From Candidatus Poseidoniales archaeon (GTDB taxonomy: Archaea; Thermoplasmatota; Poseidoniia; Poseidoniales; Thalassarchaeaceae), in assembly GCA_012960975.1 (NCBI GenBank), contig DUAE01000028.1, positions 17,927 through 81,926 of the forward strand: a stretch of DNA of 64,000 nucleotides, given 5' to 3'. Made by a program: the position numbers and the translations under genes. Shown piece after piece: positions 56,301 through 64,000 of this stretch (positions are counted from its first letter, which is position 1; every line of letters begins with the position of its first letter). Under the pieces are notes generated by a model. That model was not told where the DNA came from, did not search any database, and was given only the letters and a program-made list of their open reading frames with translations.

Positions 56301-57110
56301 ACCACCAGTTCCAGCTGCAATTCCAGAAACATGAGAACCGTGTGTACCTGAATCAAACGAATCTTCAGCCGGCTGTTCAGAATGAGTATATACAGCATCA
56401 TAGAATGCTTTGACCTTAGGGTCACAATCTGCTGGAATTGGCCCAGGATTAGGATCTAAAGGATCTGGTGGATCGTCAATACAAGTGAACGGATCATCAT
56501 CCATATCGTTCAGACCTTCGTGATCTCCACGCACACCTGTATCTAGTACGGCGATTGTCACTCCTGTTCCAATATAGCCGAAATCCGCCCAAACAGAATC
56601 AACGCCCATATTTGGGACAGCCTCATTCATGTGAGTTTCAGCGAGGCCGAGATCTTCTATCATCACCACTCCCATTAGTGAAAGTATTCCATTTTCACTA
56701 TGAATTATTTCAAGCGGAACTGTAACTGATAATGTGTCAAGGTACATTGGTCGTGAAGTTATTATCGCACCTAAGTCCTCAAGTGCTCTCACATCAGCAT
56801 TACTCGGATGGTGGTCATAATCTACGAATACTCTGGCAAATCCAGAATCGGCTTTTCTCCACCAATCGAGTTGAAATTCTTCAGGTTGGTCGAGTATCCA
56901 TTCAAGTCGGTCATCGAGTGAATCACCATCTTTGTCTCTAGACCAATCTAGCCACCAATTTGCGTGAATTTCGAGTTCGTGACTCTGAACCCATCTCCCA
57001 TCCGCATCGTAGCCACCCCGCTCATCATTGGGGATTATTGTCGAGGTTGCGATGGGTAACAAAAACAATAGAATAATCGTTGAAGCAAACAGAGCCCGAC
57101 GTCCTACCAT
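53313..57110 (-). CDS. Fusion protein: secreted subtilisin-like serine protease (S8) + single TM + AmpG/PAT-family MFS permease
   Basis: 1265-aa uninterrupted ORF with a signal-like N-terminus. S8 triad motifs AVLDTGV, HGSHVSGIAAG and SGTSMATPLMAG. The TM helix is at aa ~630-651. The MFS half has AQGLPSGF, LPWTFKFIWGPVIDV, YGIRRPWILFAQ and SSLQDVSVDALAVD, aligning by eye to E. coli AmpG. Confidence 0.8.
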   Translation of the reverse strand: MVGRRALFASTIILLFLLPIATSTIIPNDERGGYDADGRWVQSHELEIHANWWLDWSRDKDGDSLDDRLEWILDQPEEFQLDWWRKADSGFARVFVDYDHHPSNADVRALEDLGAIITSRPMYLDTLSVTVPLEIIHSENGILSLMGVVMIEDLGLAETHMNEAVPNMGVDSVWADFGYIGTGVTIAVLDTGVRGDHEGLNDMDDDPFTCIDDPPDPLDPNPGPIPADCDPKVKAFYDAVYTHSEQPAEDSFDSGTHGSHVSGIAAGTGGGQTAADGSRYIGAAPGAWIINILACCEGDIEDIIEGAQWAIDNKDRLEIDILTSSLGEQQFEVHFDNDGSSAWSRQMDAVADSGIITTLSAGNEFGGVTFAGCNTIDSPGDAQLPVTVASLDKNLELAIYSSRGYTSDGRVKPDVSTIGSNIMAPDAATQDGYTSKSGTSMATPLMAGIAALMVEANPDLTHADFKEIVSVHSIERDISIGGDPGLNDCSLLESRPDNEFGYGQANPLAFVEAAGSIDRSLNISMDIETMDEIGNESYISGIASGVIPGSGLVEVRVGGGEWKGAADLSKSGDWSTWRVKLDPHQQSGNTTIYARIVVSEDSISPVDARRVILVDAVSSGLGQSGDLTSIGSYIFFFPFLIVLGLLTYISINERWIDKFRSPHSNNSDDEKGLGIRALHPSELKNSVSELKTTWKAGNSLAENKVRRFISLCILYVAQGLPSGFTYVAFVAYLVENGTTPAEIAILFATIALPWTFKFIWGPVIDVIRFPAYGIRRPWILFAQSGMVISLATLLFVPNLNESIALVTILLFIHNLFSSLQDVSVDALAVDILQPDEVAKANGFMFAAKRGGIIFGGAILGMLVVPFGIKSAIMVQLPLLLLIMMMPLFLREKDGDRLFPWDKVDHTINNWQNEEDDSEEDELLVWEESNDSRFRTAKWVAINLYEERIHPAALLLWTAIIALLIGGAFNIMKVVTASEFLGNIGSPFSSIGKILMGISVIILLLEKVGLSLGRVPNVFFFTTKSSKKTMSTTAYHIIQGFSTRSSFLLIFLCLLSELYVFTDPIVIDIFINEAGWSQTKYNAIMGGIVILFIMFGQIIGGILGDRYGVREIAMLGFTSLALGNAGLALLTDYWTNTLVMTIYLCTRAIFTGIAWICIIAVSMRLTYSKAGGTQFTAYMSMFNFSAVIAYLFAGEMIQRFDYITALYIGAALTLATVFLLLFIDPDETDRVLEGRFDNDDDEGGEEPTLDAILEVEDFGEIASITQ

Positions 57111-57161
57111 AGGTAGGACGGATTGACTATGTGGTTTGAGGCTTTGTTCTATTCATTCGAT

Positions 57162-58046
57162 TCAAAGGACTTGAACACCGTTTTCTTCAAAGTCCCATTC
57201 AAGGATTTCCCAACCGGCAGAATTCGTTGCATCACGGACTGATTTCATACCGATAGGAGAACATAATAGCGCAGCTATTCCACCCGCTCCTGCCCCCAAT
57301 GCTTTCCATCCCATTACGGATCTTTCAGCCAGTAATGGCTCGATTACTTCTCTAAAAGGATCATGGATTTCTGAATTAATCAAATCAACTCCTCGGCAAG
57401 TTTCAATCAATGATTCAACAACTAGATGGCGCTGATCTCTTTGAATGCCATCTACCATTTTTCTAGATGCTAATCTGATAATTTGTAAGCCCTCAAGAAC
57501 CTCTGAATCACCTTTATCATATCGACTCCAAACTCCTTCCTGAATCGTGCCAGAATTATGTTTGATTCCACTATCGACTAATATCAGGTGCTTACGTAAG
57601 AAATTTTTTGAAGAATTCATTACCTCAAATGGCATTATTTCCACCTTATCACGAATGAAAATAAATCGGTTAAATCCACCAAAAGCTGCAGCCCATTGAT
57701 CTTGCCTACCACACCGATTACCTTCTGAAATCTCTAATTGGTAGGCATTTTCAGCAATTTTCTCTAAATCATCTACGCCGTCACCGAGCATAATAGCTGA
57801 TTTACAAACATTCACAGAACCACTGGTGCCTAAGCCAGATCCAAATGGCACATCAGAGGAAATTTCAATCTCTGAATCAACTGATTCTTTCACCGCACGA
57901 ATATAGTGATTGATAGTGAAATTAACGACTTCACCACCAATATCAAAAGTATAGGGTGCAAGATCGGTCCAACCACCTGCAAGATCAACCCTTACCGGGG
58001 CAATTACCTCTATACGCCCCGCCATGAAAATAACCGAATTGCCCAA
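57162..58046 (-). CDS. GHMP-family sugar/acid kinase (HddA/fucokinase-like subgroup), substrate unknown
   Basis: APVRVDLAGGWTDLAPY at the N-terminus, GHMP motif PFGSGLGTSGS, and C-terminal KALGAGAGG. Confidence 0.65.
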   Translation of the reverse strand: MGNSVIFMAGRIEVIAPVRVDLAGGWTDLAPYTFDIGGEVVNFTINHYIRAVKESVDSEIEISSDVPFGSGLGTSGSVNVCKSAIMLGDGVDDLEKIAENAYQLEISEGNRCGRQDQWAAAFGGFNRFIFIRDKVEIMPFEVMNSSKNFLRKHLILVDSGIKHNSGTIQEGVWSRYDKGDSEVLEGLQIIRLASRKMVDGIQRDQRHLVVESLIETCRGVDLINSEIHDPFREVIEPLLAERSVMGWKALGAGAGGIAALLCSPIGMKSVRDATNSAGWEILEWDFEENGVQVL

Positions 58047-58134
58047 CTCATGAGAATGATTCGGTCAGCAATTCAACAAAAGTTTGAGTTGATTAGATAG
58101 AAAATAAGGTGTATAAGCACCTAGTCCGGGAGCC

Positions 58135-58848
58135 ATGGCAGACACGGTGGAAGATGCGATTACCGCTTTCTCAGCGGGTAAACCAGTGATGGTTTTCGAC
58201 TCTGATTTCCGTGAGAGAGAAACAGATCTTCTGTGGCCCGCTACCGCTGCAACACCTGCTGTCATGCGCCGTCTTCGCCAAGATTGTGGAGGCCTACTTT
58301 TTCTAGCAATTGGTGATGAAATTGGCCAAATGTTCGATTTACCCTGGTTACAAGATCTTCATACAAACTCTGATTTAGTCAATGAAAATCCAGTCCTAGC
58401 ACACCTTGTAACAAACGATCTGCAATACGATTCACGCTCCGCCTTCACACTATCAATTAATCACCGTGACACATACACAGGAATCACGGACAGAGATCGC
58501 TCTCTAACTACCAGTAGATTTGGAGAATTAGCTGGAGAATTATTGTCTCAAGGAATCTCTGGAGTCGCTGCATTTGAAGCTCTAGGCGCCGAGTTCCGAA
58601 CTCCCGGCCACATTCCAGTATGCAGAGAATCTCCTGGTGGCCTATCTTCGCGACAGGGGCACACTGAACTTGCAGTCACAATTGCCAGATTGGCCGGTCA
58701 AATTCCAGCAACTATGGGTGCAGAGATGTTAGAATTGGATGGTGATGGAGCACTTTCTGTCGCTGATGCTCGTGCCTATGCAAAGAAGCATAATATCCCA
58801 ATGATTACAGGTGCTGATTTGTTGGCAGCACTTGGTTTAGAAGAATAA
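58135..58848 (+). CDS. ribB: 3,4-dihydroxy-2-butanone 4-phosphate synthase
   Basis: AITAFSAGKPVMVFDSDFRERETDLLWPA and RTPGHIPV are the DHBP synthase signature. Confidence 0.9.
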   Translation: MADTVEDAITAFSAGKPVMVFDSDFRERETDLLWPATAATPAVMRRLRQDCGGLLFLAIGDEIGQMFDLPWLQDLHTNSDLVNENPVLAHLVTNDLQYDSRSAFTLSINHRDTYTGITDRDRSLTTSRFGELAGELLSQGISGVAAFEALGAEFRTPGHIPVCRESPGGLSSRQGHTELAVTIARLAGQIPATMGAEMLELDGDGALSVADARAYAKKHNIPMITGADLLAALGLEE

Positions 58849-58865
58849 TATTTGAAGGTGAAAAA

Positions 58866-59324
58866 ATGGTTCGGGTAATGGCTGCCGGGGTTTTTGATCT
58901 ACTTCACGCTGGCCATTTACACTATGTCGAACAGGCAAAATCGCTTGGAGATGAGTTGGTTGTCGTCATAGCTCACGATGACACAGTTCGCAAAAGAAAA
59001 CATGAACCAGTAACGAATCAAAACTTGCGTTGCCGTATGGTTGCTGGGCTAAAACCGGTTGACTCCGCCATTGTGGGCAATTCACCAGATGTGCCAATTT
59101 TTGATATTCTAAAACAAGTACAGCCCGATATTATCGCTCTCGGTTATGATCAGAAACATTCTATGGATGCGATAAGAACTGGTTTGGATGCAAATGGTTA
59201 CGACGATATCAAAGTAGTTCGTGTCGAAGGACTTTCTGATGATCTAGATGGTACTCGTAAAATCATTTCAAAAATTCTCGATATATGGTCAGGAGAGACC
59301 GGTGGTCCTTACGAGGAGGATTGA
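58866..59324 (+). CDS. ribL: FAD synthase (archaeal RibL, cytidylyltransferase-like)
   Basis: VMAAGVFDLLHAGHLHYVEQAKSLGDELVVVIAHDDTVRKRK is the G.FD..H.GH nucleotidyltransferase motif, and the 152-aa size matches MJ1179-type RibL. Confidence 0.8.
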   Translation: MVRVMAAGVFDLLHAGHLHYVEQAKSLGDELVVVIAHDDTVRKRKHEPVTNQNLRCRMVAGLKPVDSAIVGNSPDVPIFDILKQVQPDIIALGYDQKHSMDAIRTGLDANGYDDIKVVRVEGLSDDLDGTRKIISKILDIWSGETGGPYEED

Positions 59325-59326
59325 GA

Positions 59327-59929
59327 ATGTACACTGGAATTGTAGCTGGAATTTGCCAAATTGTGGCGATTGAAGACGGTGAAGAGATTCGTAGTTTTAC
59401 CATCGATCTCAGCGGGTTTGATGAAGGTCTCCAAATCGGAGCGAGCGTCGCTTTGGATGGCGTTTGTATGACTGTGGTATCTCTCGATGGTACGAAAATT
59501 CGATTTGATGCTATTCCTGAAACTCTCAAGCGAACGACACTTGGCGATTTGAACGTGGATGACTGGGTAAATGTTGAGCGAACTCTAAAATTAGGTGACG
59601 AATTAGGTGGTCACATCCTTTCAGGCCATGTGATGTTGACTGTGCAAGTTCTTGAAAAATCAGAACGTGGCGAAGGAATCGATCTTCTGATTGAGAATCT
59701 AGATGAAGTTCGGCCATACATTTTGGAAAAGGGCTTCATCGGAATTGATGGAATGTCTCTGACCGTTGGTGAGGTTACCGAAAATAGCTTTGAATTGCAC
59801 ATTATTCCTGAAACATTGAGAGTCACTACCATAGGACGGAAAGAGATCGGACACCGCGTGAACCTTGAGATTGACTCTCGCACACAAGCCGTTGTTGATA
59901 CCATTCGACAAATGGGGGTTGAACAATGA
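59327..59929 (+). CDS. ribE: Riboflavin synthase, bacterial-type alpha chain
   Basis: MYTGIVAGICQIV N-terminus, with the duplicated lumazine-binding repeats GASVALDGVCMTV and GIDGMSLTV. ATG 59327 follows the ribL stop by 2 nt. Confidence 0.9.
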   Translation: MYTGIVAGICQIVAIEDGEEIRSFTIDLSGFDEGLQIGASVALDGVCMTVVSLDGTKIRFDAIPETLKRTTLGDLNVDDWVNVERTLKLGDELGGHILSGHVMLTVQVLEKSERGEGIDLLIENLDEVRPYILEKGFIGIDGMSLTVGEVTENSFELHIIPETLRVTTIGRKEIGHRVNLEIDSRTQAVVDTIRQMGVEQ

Positions 59930-60321
59930 AAATAGCTGCAGTTTGTGGTTCGTTTCATAAAGATGAAATTACCCGAATGCTTGAATTCGCAAAGGATGAG
60001 GCTGAAACATTAAATTGTGAAATTAGCGAAATAATCTGGGTACCCGGTTCGATGGAAATTCCTCTCGCACTCGAACGCATTTTACCACGCGATGATATCG
60101 ATGCTGCCATCGCTCTGGGAATTATCGAGCGCGGTCAAACTCAACACGGATTAGTGATGGGGCAATCGGTGACTAAGGCAATTATTGACTTGCAAATCAA
60201 ACATAACAAGCCTATAGGGCTTGGAATAATTGGTCCCGGAGCAGAGCCAGAGCACATCGAGCCACGCCTCGAACCACATGCAAGAGCATCCGTTAGTGCA
60301 GTCACAAAAATGTTTGAGTAA
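59926..60321 (+). CDS. ribH: 6,7-dimethyl-8-ribityllumazine synthase
   Basis: 131 aa. IAAVCGSFHKDEIT...VPGSMEIPLA is the lumazine synthase pattern (V.G..E.P). The start overlaps the ribE stop by 4 nt. Confidence 0.85.
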   Translation: MKIAAVCGSFHKDEITRMLEFAKDEAETLNCEISEIIWVPGSMEIPLALERILPRDDIDAAIALGIIERGQTQHGLVMGQSVTKAIIDLQIKHNKPIGLGIIGPGAEPEHIEPRLEPHARASVSAVTKMFE

Positions 60322-61182
60322 TCAAACTCGAGTTGCCTTCAAAGTGAATGATAAAGGGAAATTCACCAGATCTTCTTTAAGCCGCCAGAAATTTGGTCTA
60401 GAAGTTTCAAACATTTCTGGCCATGGAGCCCAAGCTAATTCGTCTCTCTCATTTAGAGATTCAATCATGAATCCATTGTTAATCAATGAGTTAAGGAGAG
60501 TATCGTATCTGTATTCCCAAGAATGGCAAGTACGTTCAATATCAGCCTCTGGTGATGCATAACTTCCCTCACCAACCTCAGAAACAGGATTCTCATTGAA
60601 CAAATCATACTTCAAACCTAAACGAGTCTTCTCAGTTCCTTTTTCGATATCTAATGCATTGAGCATAGGGGTACCTTCCTCAAGATACAGAACACCTCCT
60701 GGTTTGATCAATGCAGAACAGACTTTGGCCCACTCATCCAGATCGGGTAACCAGCATAGTGCTCCACGCCCTGTATATAGTATGTCGAATTGTTCGCCAT
60801 CCAATGACTCAACTGCGTCACTGATTGTACTAACTACAAATTTTGCATCAATAATATTGAGAATTTTAGCAAATCTTTCTGCCTCAGAAATAGCATTGGG
60901 AGAGAAATCTAAACCAGTTACCTTAGCACCTTCACGAGCCCAAGACAATGTGTCTGTACCAATATGACATTGCAAATGAAGAAGAGATTTCCCTTCGACG
61001 GAACCTATCTCTTCTAATTCCCATGGTGCGAGTTTTGATTCGCCGGCAAGCCATTGTTCGATTCTATAGAACTCAGAGCCAGCCCCTTGGGCGTGTAACT
61101 GAGCCAACGAATCCCAAGATTCGAGGTTTTGACGAATTGCTTCATCGTTAGATTCAGGAGGGGGGGCTGGACGCCAACTCAT
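60322..61182 (-). CDS. Class I SAM-dependent methyltransferase
   Basis: Motif I-like LLHLQCHIGTDTLSWAREGAKVTGLDFS and post-I FDILYTG. The ORF opens at TTG 61212; the first ATG is at 61182. Confidence 0.75.
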   Translation of the reverse strand: MSWRPAPPPESNDEAIRQNLESWDSLAQLHAQGAGSEFYRIEQWLAGESKLAPWELEEIGSVEGKSLLHLQCHIGTDTLSWAREGAKVTGLDFSPNAISEAERFAKILNIIDAKFVVSTISDAVESLDGEQFDILYTGRGALCWLPDLDEWAKVCSALIKPGGVLYLEEGTPMLNALDIEKGTEKTRLGLKYDLFNENPVSEVGEGSYASPEADIERTCHSWEYRYDTLLNSLINNGFMIESLNERDELAWAPWPEMFETSRPNFWRLKEDLVNFPLSFTLKATRV

Positions 61183-61243
61183 GTCTCCCGCACGTGGTAC
61201 AGTTTGTAGCAAATTCGGTCAATGATTAAAGAAAAAAACTGGG

Positions 61244-63883
61244 CTAATTACCGTTCTCAGCTTTTAGAACTGCTTGACGAACTAACATTGCCGTGTCGGG
61301 TGTAACAGAAATTGATGTTATACCACATTCTACGAGGAATGGGGGGAATTCTTCAGGGTGATCGGACGGTGCTTGACCGCAAATTCCGATTTCCAATCCT
61401 TTTTTCTTAAATTTATCAACTGCAGTCTTAATCATCGACTTAACAGCAGGTGAGCGAGCATCAACTGCGTGTTGATACCCTTCTAAATCATCGCGTGAGA
61501 CTGCATAAATTGTCTGCACTAAATCATTGGTTCCGATTGAGCCACCAGATAATTCCATTTTGTCAATGAATGAATCAGCATCGATTACATTGGAAGGCAA
61601 TTCAACCATGACGAATAATGGAACTCCATCTGAAGGGCCAATTTTCCATTCTGTTAGTAATTCTTTAACCGCCTCTCCTTCTTCAGGTGAACGACAAAAT
61701 GGAATCATTAATTGTAAATTTTCGAGTTTGAAATCATGAAACACAGAGGCCATTGCTTTGCATTCCATCTCAAATGCAGGCTTGAATGTGGGGTCGAGAT
61801 ATCTCGATGCACCCCTCCAAGCAATCATTGGATTTTCTTCAACTGGTTCAAAAATCCGCCCGCCTAATAAATCTCGATATTCATTTGATTTTAAATCAGA
61901 TAACCTGACTAAAACTGGACGTGGATGGAATGCCGCACAAATCAATCCAACTCCTTCCCTCAATTTATCGATGAATAAACCGGTCGGGTCATCATAAGAC
62001 CAACATCGACGATCGACTTCATCGACAATCTTTCTAACAAATTGAACACCTTCAGATTTAAGATTTCGACTATAATGTTCTATTGAAGGGGCAATTTTCC
62101 CGGTTTCGACAAATTCATTCAATGCGTCTCGGTGAATGAAAGCCAAAGGATGAATGCCTACTTCACCCGCTAATACGAATTCAATTCTAGCTAAACCAAC
62201 ACCTTGAACAGGTAACATTGAATCCGCTAAAGATTTTGTTGGAAATCCAACATTTAATTTGATTTTTGTTTTCAAAACAGTTGAAGTATCAATTTCATAA
62301 TTTGTTATTTCAAATGGATGAATTCCATCGAAGACATATCCAGTATCACCTTCAGCACAAGATCCAGTGACTTCAATTCCATTTTCGAGATTCATTGCAT
62401 TAAGGCAACCCACGATAGCTGGAATCCCAAATTCACGAGCTATAATTGCAGCATGAGATGTCCTCCCACCCTTTCTTGTGACGATTAACGATGCTTCTTT
62501 CATCATCGGCTCCCAATCAGGAGTCGTCATCTCTGTAACCAATACATCACCAGTTTCGAAAACTCTCTCATCCCAAGACATTTCTTCCAATGATACGCCA
62601 ACAGAAGTTCTCTTTGCAATTTCACGTCGCCTCTCTAATACTTCTTCATAGGAATGATAAATTCTGGACCGGCCAGTTCCAATTCTTTTTCCTACTGCCT
62701 GGCCAGTCGCCAAAACTGATTTTTTCAGTAAGCGGCGGAAAAGTTTTGAATCCATTTCATATCTCGTTATTGCTTGATTACTAATATTTGCATGAACGGT
62801 TTCAGGTCGTGCTTGAAGGATGTATAATTTCCCATCTAATCCATCTTTTGCCCATTCAATATCCATAGATAGTTCATAGTGTTCTTCAATTCGAAGAGCC
62901 ATCTCTGCTAATGCATTACATTCCTTCGAATCGAGTGACCAAGCCCTTCTCTCAATGAATGGTACATCAATGATAGTTGTGTTCCTTACACCATCACTAG
63001 CGTATATCATTCTCTGTTCCTTACCACCCAAATGACGGTTTACAACAGCAAATGCACCTCTATTAATTCCCTCTTTCCAAACAGTAAATGTATCAGGTGA
63101 CACAGTTCCTTGAACTACAAGTTCACCTAAACCATATGACGAAGCGATATGAATAACACCATCGTGTCCAGAATCTGGGTCGATGGTGAACATTACTCCT
63201 GAACAAGCTAAATCTGATCGGACCATTTTCATGGTCACGACAGCCAATGGACTTTCTAGTGGATTCATACCTCTATCCAACTGATAGCAAATCGCCCGCT
63301 CTGTAAACTGGGATGCGATGCATCTTCGCCAATGAAGAAGAACTGAGGATTCTCCATGTATATTTAGAAATGATTCATACTGGCCAGCGAAAGAAGCATC
63401 GATTGAATCCTCTGATGTCGCTGAAGATCTGACTGCAACATCAACTCCTTTACCATATTCAGCGCATAATTGAAGATAAGCTGCAGCAATAGCCTCTGAA
63501 ATCTCTTCAGGGATTGGTGTAACTTGGACTAACTCACGAGCCAAAGTCGCACGGCCATGCACCTCCAGATGTTTGGATGAATTTGCACCATCTAAACAAC
63601 AAGCGACCGCCGCAACCAGGGAGTCTGATTTGATGGCACGTTCTCTAATTTTTTCTAACCCTTCAATATCAACAACTTGATCCCAAGTTCCTTCTGGAAC
63701 TTGACCATTAAAAAACTCCCAATAAGCGGCAACAGATACTGTAAATCCATTTGGAACAATCACACCTAATCCACTCAAATTTTGGTACATTTCACCAAGA
63801 GAAGCACCCTTACCTCCAACACGAAGAATATCGTTCATTCCGGTTTCATCAAACCATAAAATAAGTGGGTCGGACATTAACAT
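61244..63883 (-). CDS. ppsA: Phosphoenolpyruvate synthase (pyruvate, water dikinase)
   Basis: 879 aa. VGGKGASLGEM, the phosphohistidine motif GGRTSHAAIIAREFGIPAIVG, and the PEP-utilising C-terminal GSIGTNDL. Confidence 0.95.
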   Translation of the reverse strand: MLMSDPLILWFDETGMNDILRVGGKGASLGEMYQNLSGLGVIVPNGFTVSVAAYWEFFNGQVPEGTWDQVVDIEGLEKIRERAIKSDSLVAAVACCLDGANSSKHLEVHGRATLARELVQVTPIPEEISEAIAAAYLQLCAEYGKGVDVAVRSSATSEDSIDASFAGQYESFLNIHGESSVLLHWRRCIASQFTERAICYQLDRGMNPLESPLAVVTMKMVRSDLACSGVMFTIDPDSGHDGVIHIASSYGLGELVVQGTVSPDTFTVWKEGINRGAFAVVNRHLGGKEQRMIYASDGVRNTTIIDVPFIERRAWSLDSKECNALAEMALRIEEHYELSMDIEWAKDGLDGKLYILQARPETVHANISNQAITRYEMDSKLFRRLLKKSVLATGQAVGKRIGTGRSRIYHSYEEVLERRREIAKRTSVGVSLEEMSWDERVFETGDVLVTEMTTPDWEPMMKEASLIVTRKGGRTSHAAIIAREFGIPAIVGCLNAMNLENGIEVTGSCAEGDTGYVFDGIHPFEITNYEIDTSTVLKTKIKLNVGFPTKSLADSMLPVQGVGLARIEFVLAGEVGIHPLAFIHRDALNEFVETGKIAPSIEHYSRNLKSEGVQFVRKIVDEVDRRCWSYDDPTGLFIDKLREGVGLICAAFHPRPVLVRLSDLKSNEYRDLLGGRIFEPVEENPMIAWRGASRYLDPTFKPAFEMECKAMASVFHDFKLENLQLMIPFCRSPEEGEAVKELLTEWKIGPSDGVPLFVMVELPSNVIDADSFIDKMELSGGSIGTNDLVQTIYAVSRDDLEGYQHAVDARSPAVKSMIKTAVDKFKKKGLEIGICGQAPSDHPEEFPPFLVECGITSISVTPDTAMLVRQAVLKAENGN

Positions 63884-64000
63884 ATTCTCCTATCGGCTCA
63901 ATCGCCTCAAACATGATGAGGAGTCGGCGACAAATATACATTAGTGTAGAAAGGAAAGTGTAGCAAGTTTGCTAAACCCTTGAATCGTAGTATTCAAGAA

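Noticed and set aside
61160-61166. Shorter homopolymers: G7 at 61160-61166, C7 at 30187-30193 and G7 near 16404.
   Set aside because: At seven nucleotides they encode ordinary Pro/Gly runs. Unlike the G9 tract, they do not sit at a position where slippage has an obvious modular consequence.
63975-63995. The palindromes CTTGAAT-ACTACG-ATTCAAG and TAGCAA-AC-TTGCTA upstream of ppsA. I considered them as operator sites.
   Set aside because: They lie at the very edge of the window, more than 90 nt from the start. The flanking context is missing, so they cannot be evaluated.
1-64000. A search by eye for CRISPR arrays, tRNA/rRNA genes, IS elements, integrases, toxin-antitoxin pairs and known defence genes.
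   Set aside because: Intergenic gaps are all shorter than about 170 nt, and none shows cloverleaf-compatible or repeat-spacer structure. No transposase, integrase or nuclease-type motifs were seen in any ORF. A tRNAscan or cmsearch run would be needed to be definitive.

Overview
This 64-kb window reads as a densely coding archaeal chromosome segment with about 55 CDSs. I saw no rRNA, tRNA, CRISPR array, transposase or integrase.

Archaeal hallmarks:
- TATA-binding protein, archaeosine tRNA-guanine transglycosylase and mevalonate kinase.
- CTP-dependent riboflavin kinase, RibL-type FAD synthase and a SepF-like protein.
- TATA boxes about 25-30 nt upstream of start codons, suggesting leaderless mRNAs, plus GGAGGTGA Shine-Dalgarno sites inside operons.

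The gene content includes surface PKD/CARDB adhesin, secreted protease, H+-pyrophosphatase and many Asp-rich exported proteins. Together with an AT-leaning composition, this fits a marine planktonic Thermoplasmatota (Poseidoniales/MGII-like) genome. That placement is inference only.

Housekeeping genes identified by motif:
- gltA, ileS, cysS, ppsA, hppA, nadE, truA, tgtA, mvk, tbp, nth, polX and bcp.
- A ribB-ribL-ribE-ribH operon, with ribK encoded elsewhere in the window.

Observations most worth a second look:
1. One 1265-aa ORF fuses a secreted subtilisin (S8) ectodomain, through one TM helix, to an AmpG/PAT-family MFS permease. A CPYC glutaredoxin gene overlaps its 3' end.
2. A tightly overlapping five-gene operon encodes two ABC ATPases and two ABC-2 permeases. 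One permease has a roughly 260-aa Asp-rich ectodomain. The fifth gene is an AttH/CrtC-like protein.
3. The TBP carries a roughly 56-aa charged insertion in its second repeat.
4. A cell-surface lamin-tail-domain/amidohydrolase protein has a G9 homopolymer just before its C-terminal membrane anchor, so a +/-1 slip removes the anchor.
5. A fused AcnX (DUF521+DUF126) gene is translationally coupled to tgtA. The ArcTGT appears to have lost its CxCxxC zinc site.
6. DxDGDG-type motifs recur on ectodomains of unrelated transporters and exoproteins.

All functional calls rest on motifs recognised by eye. No database search was run.
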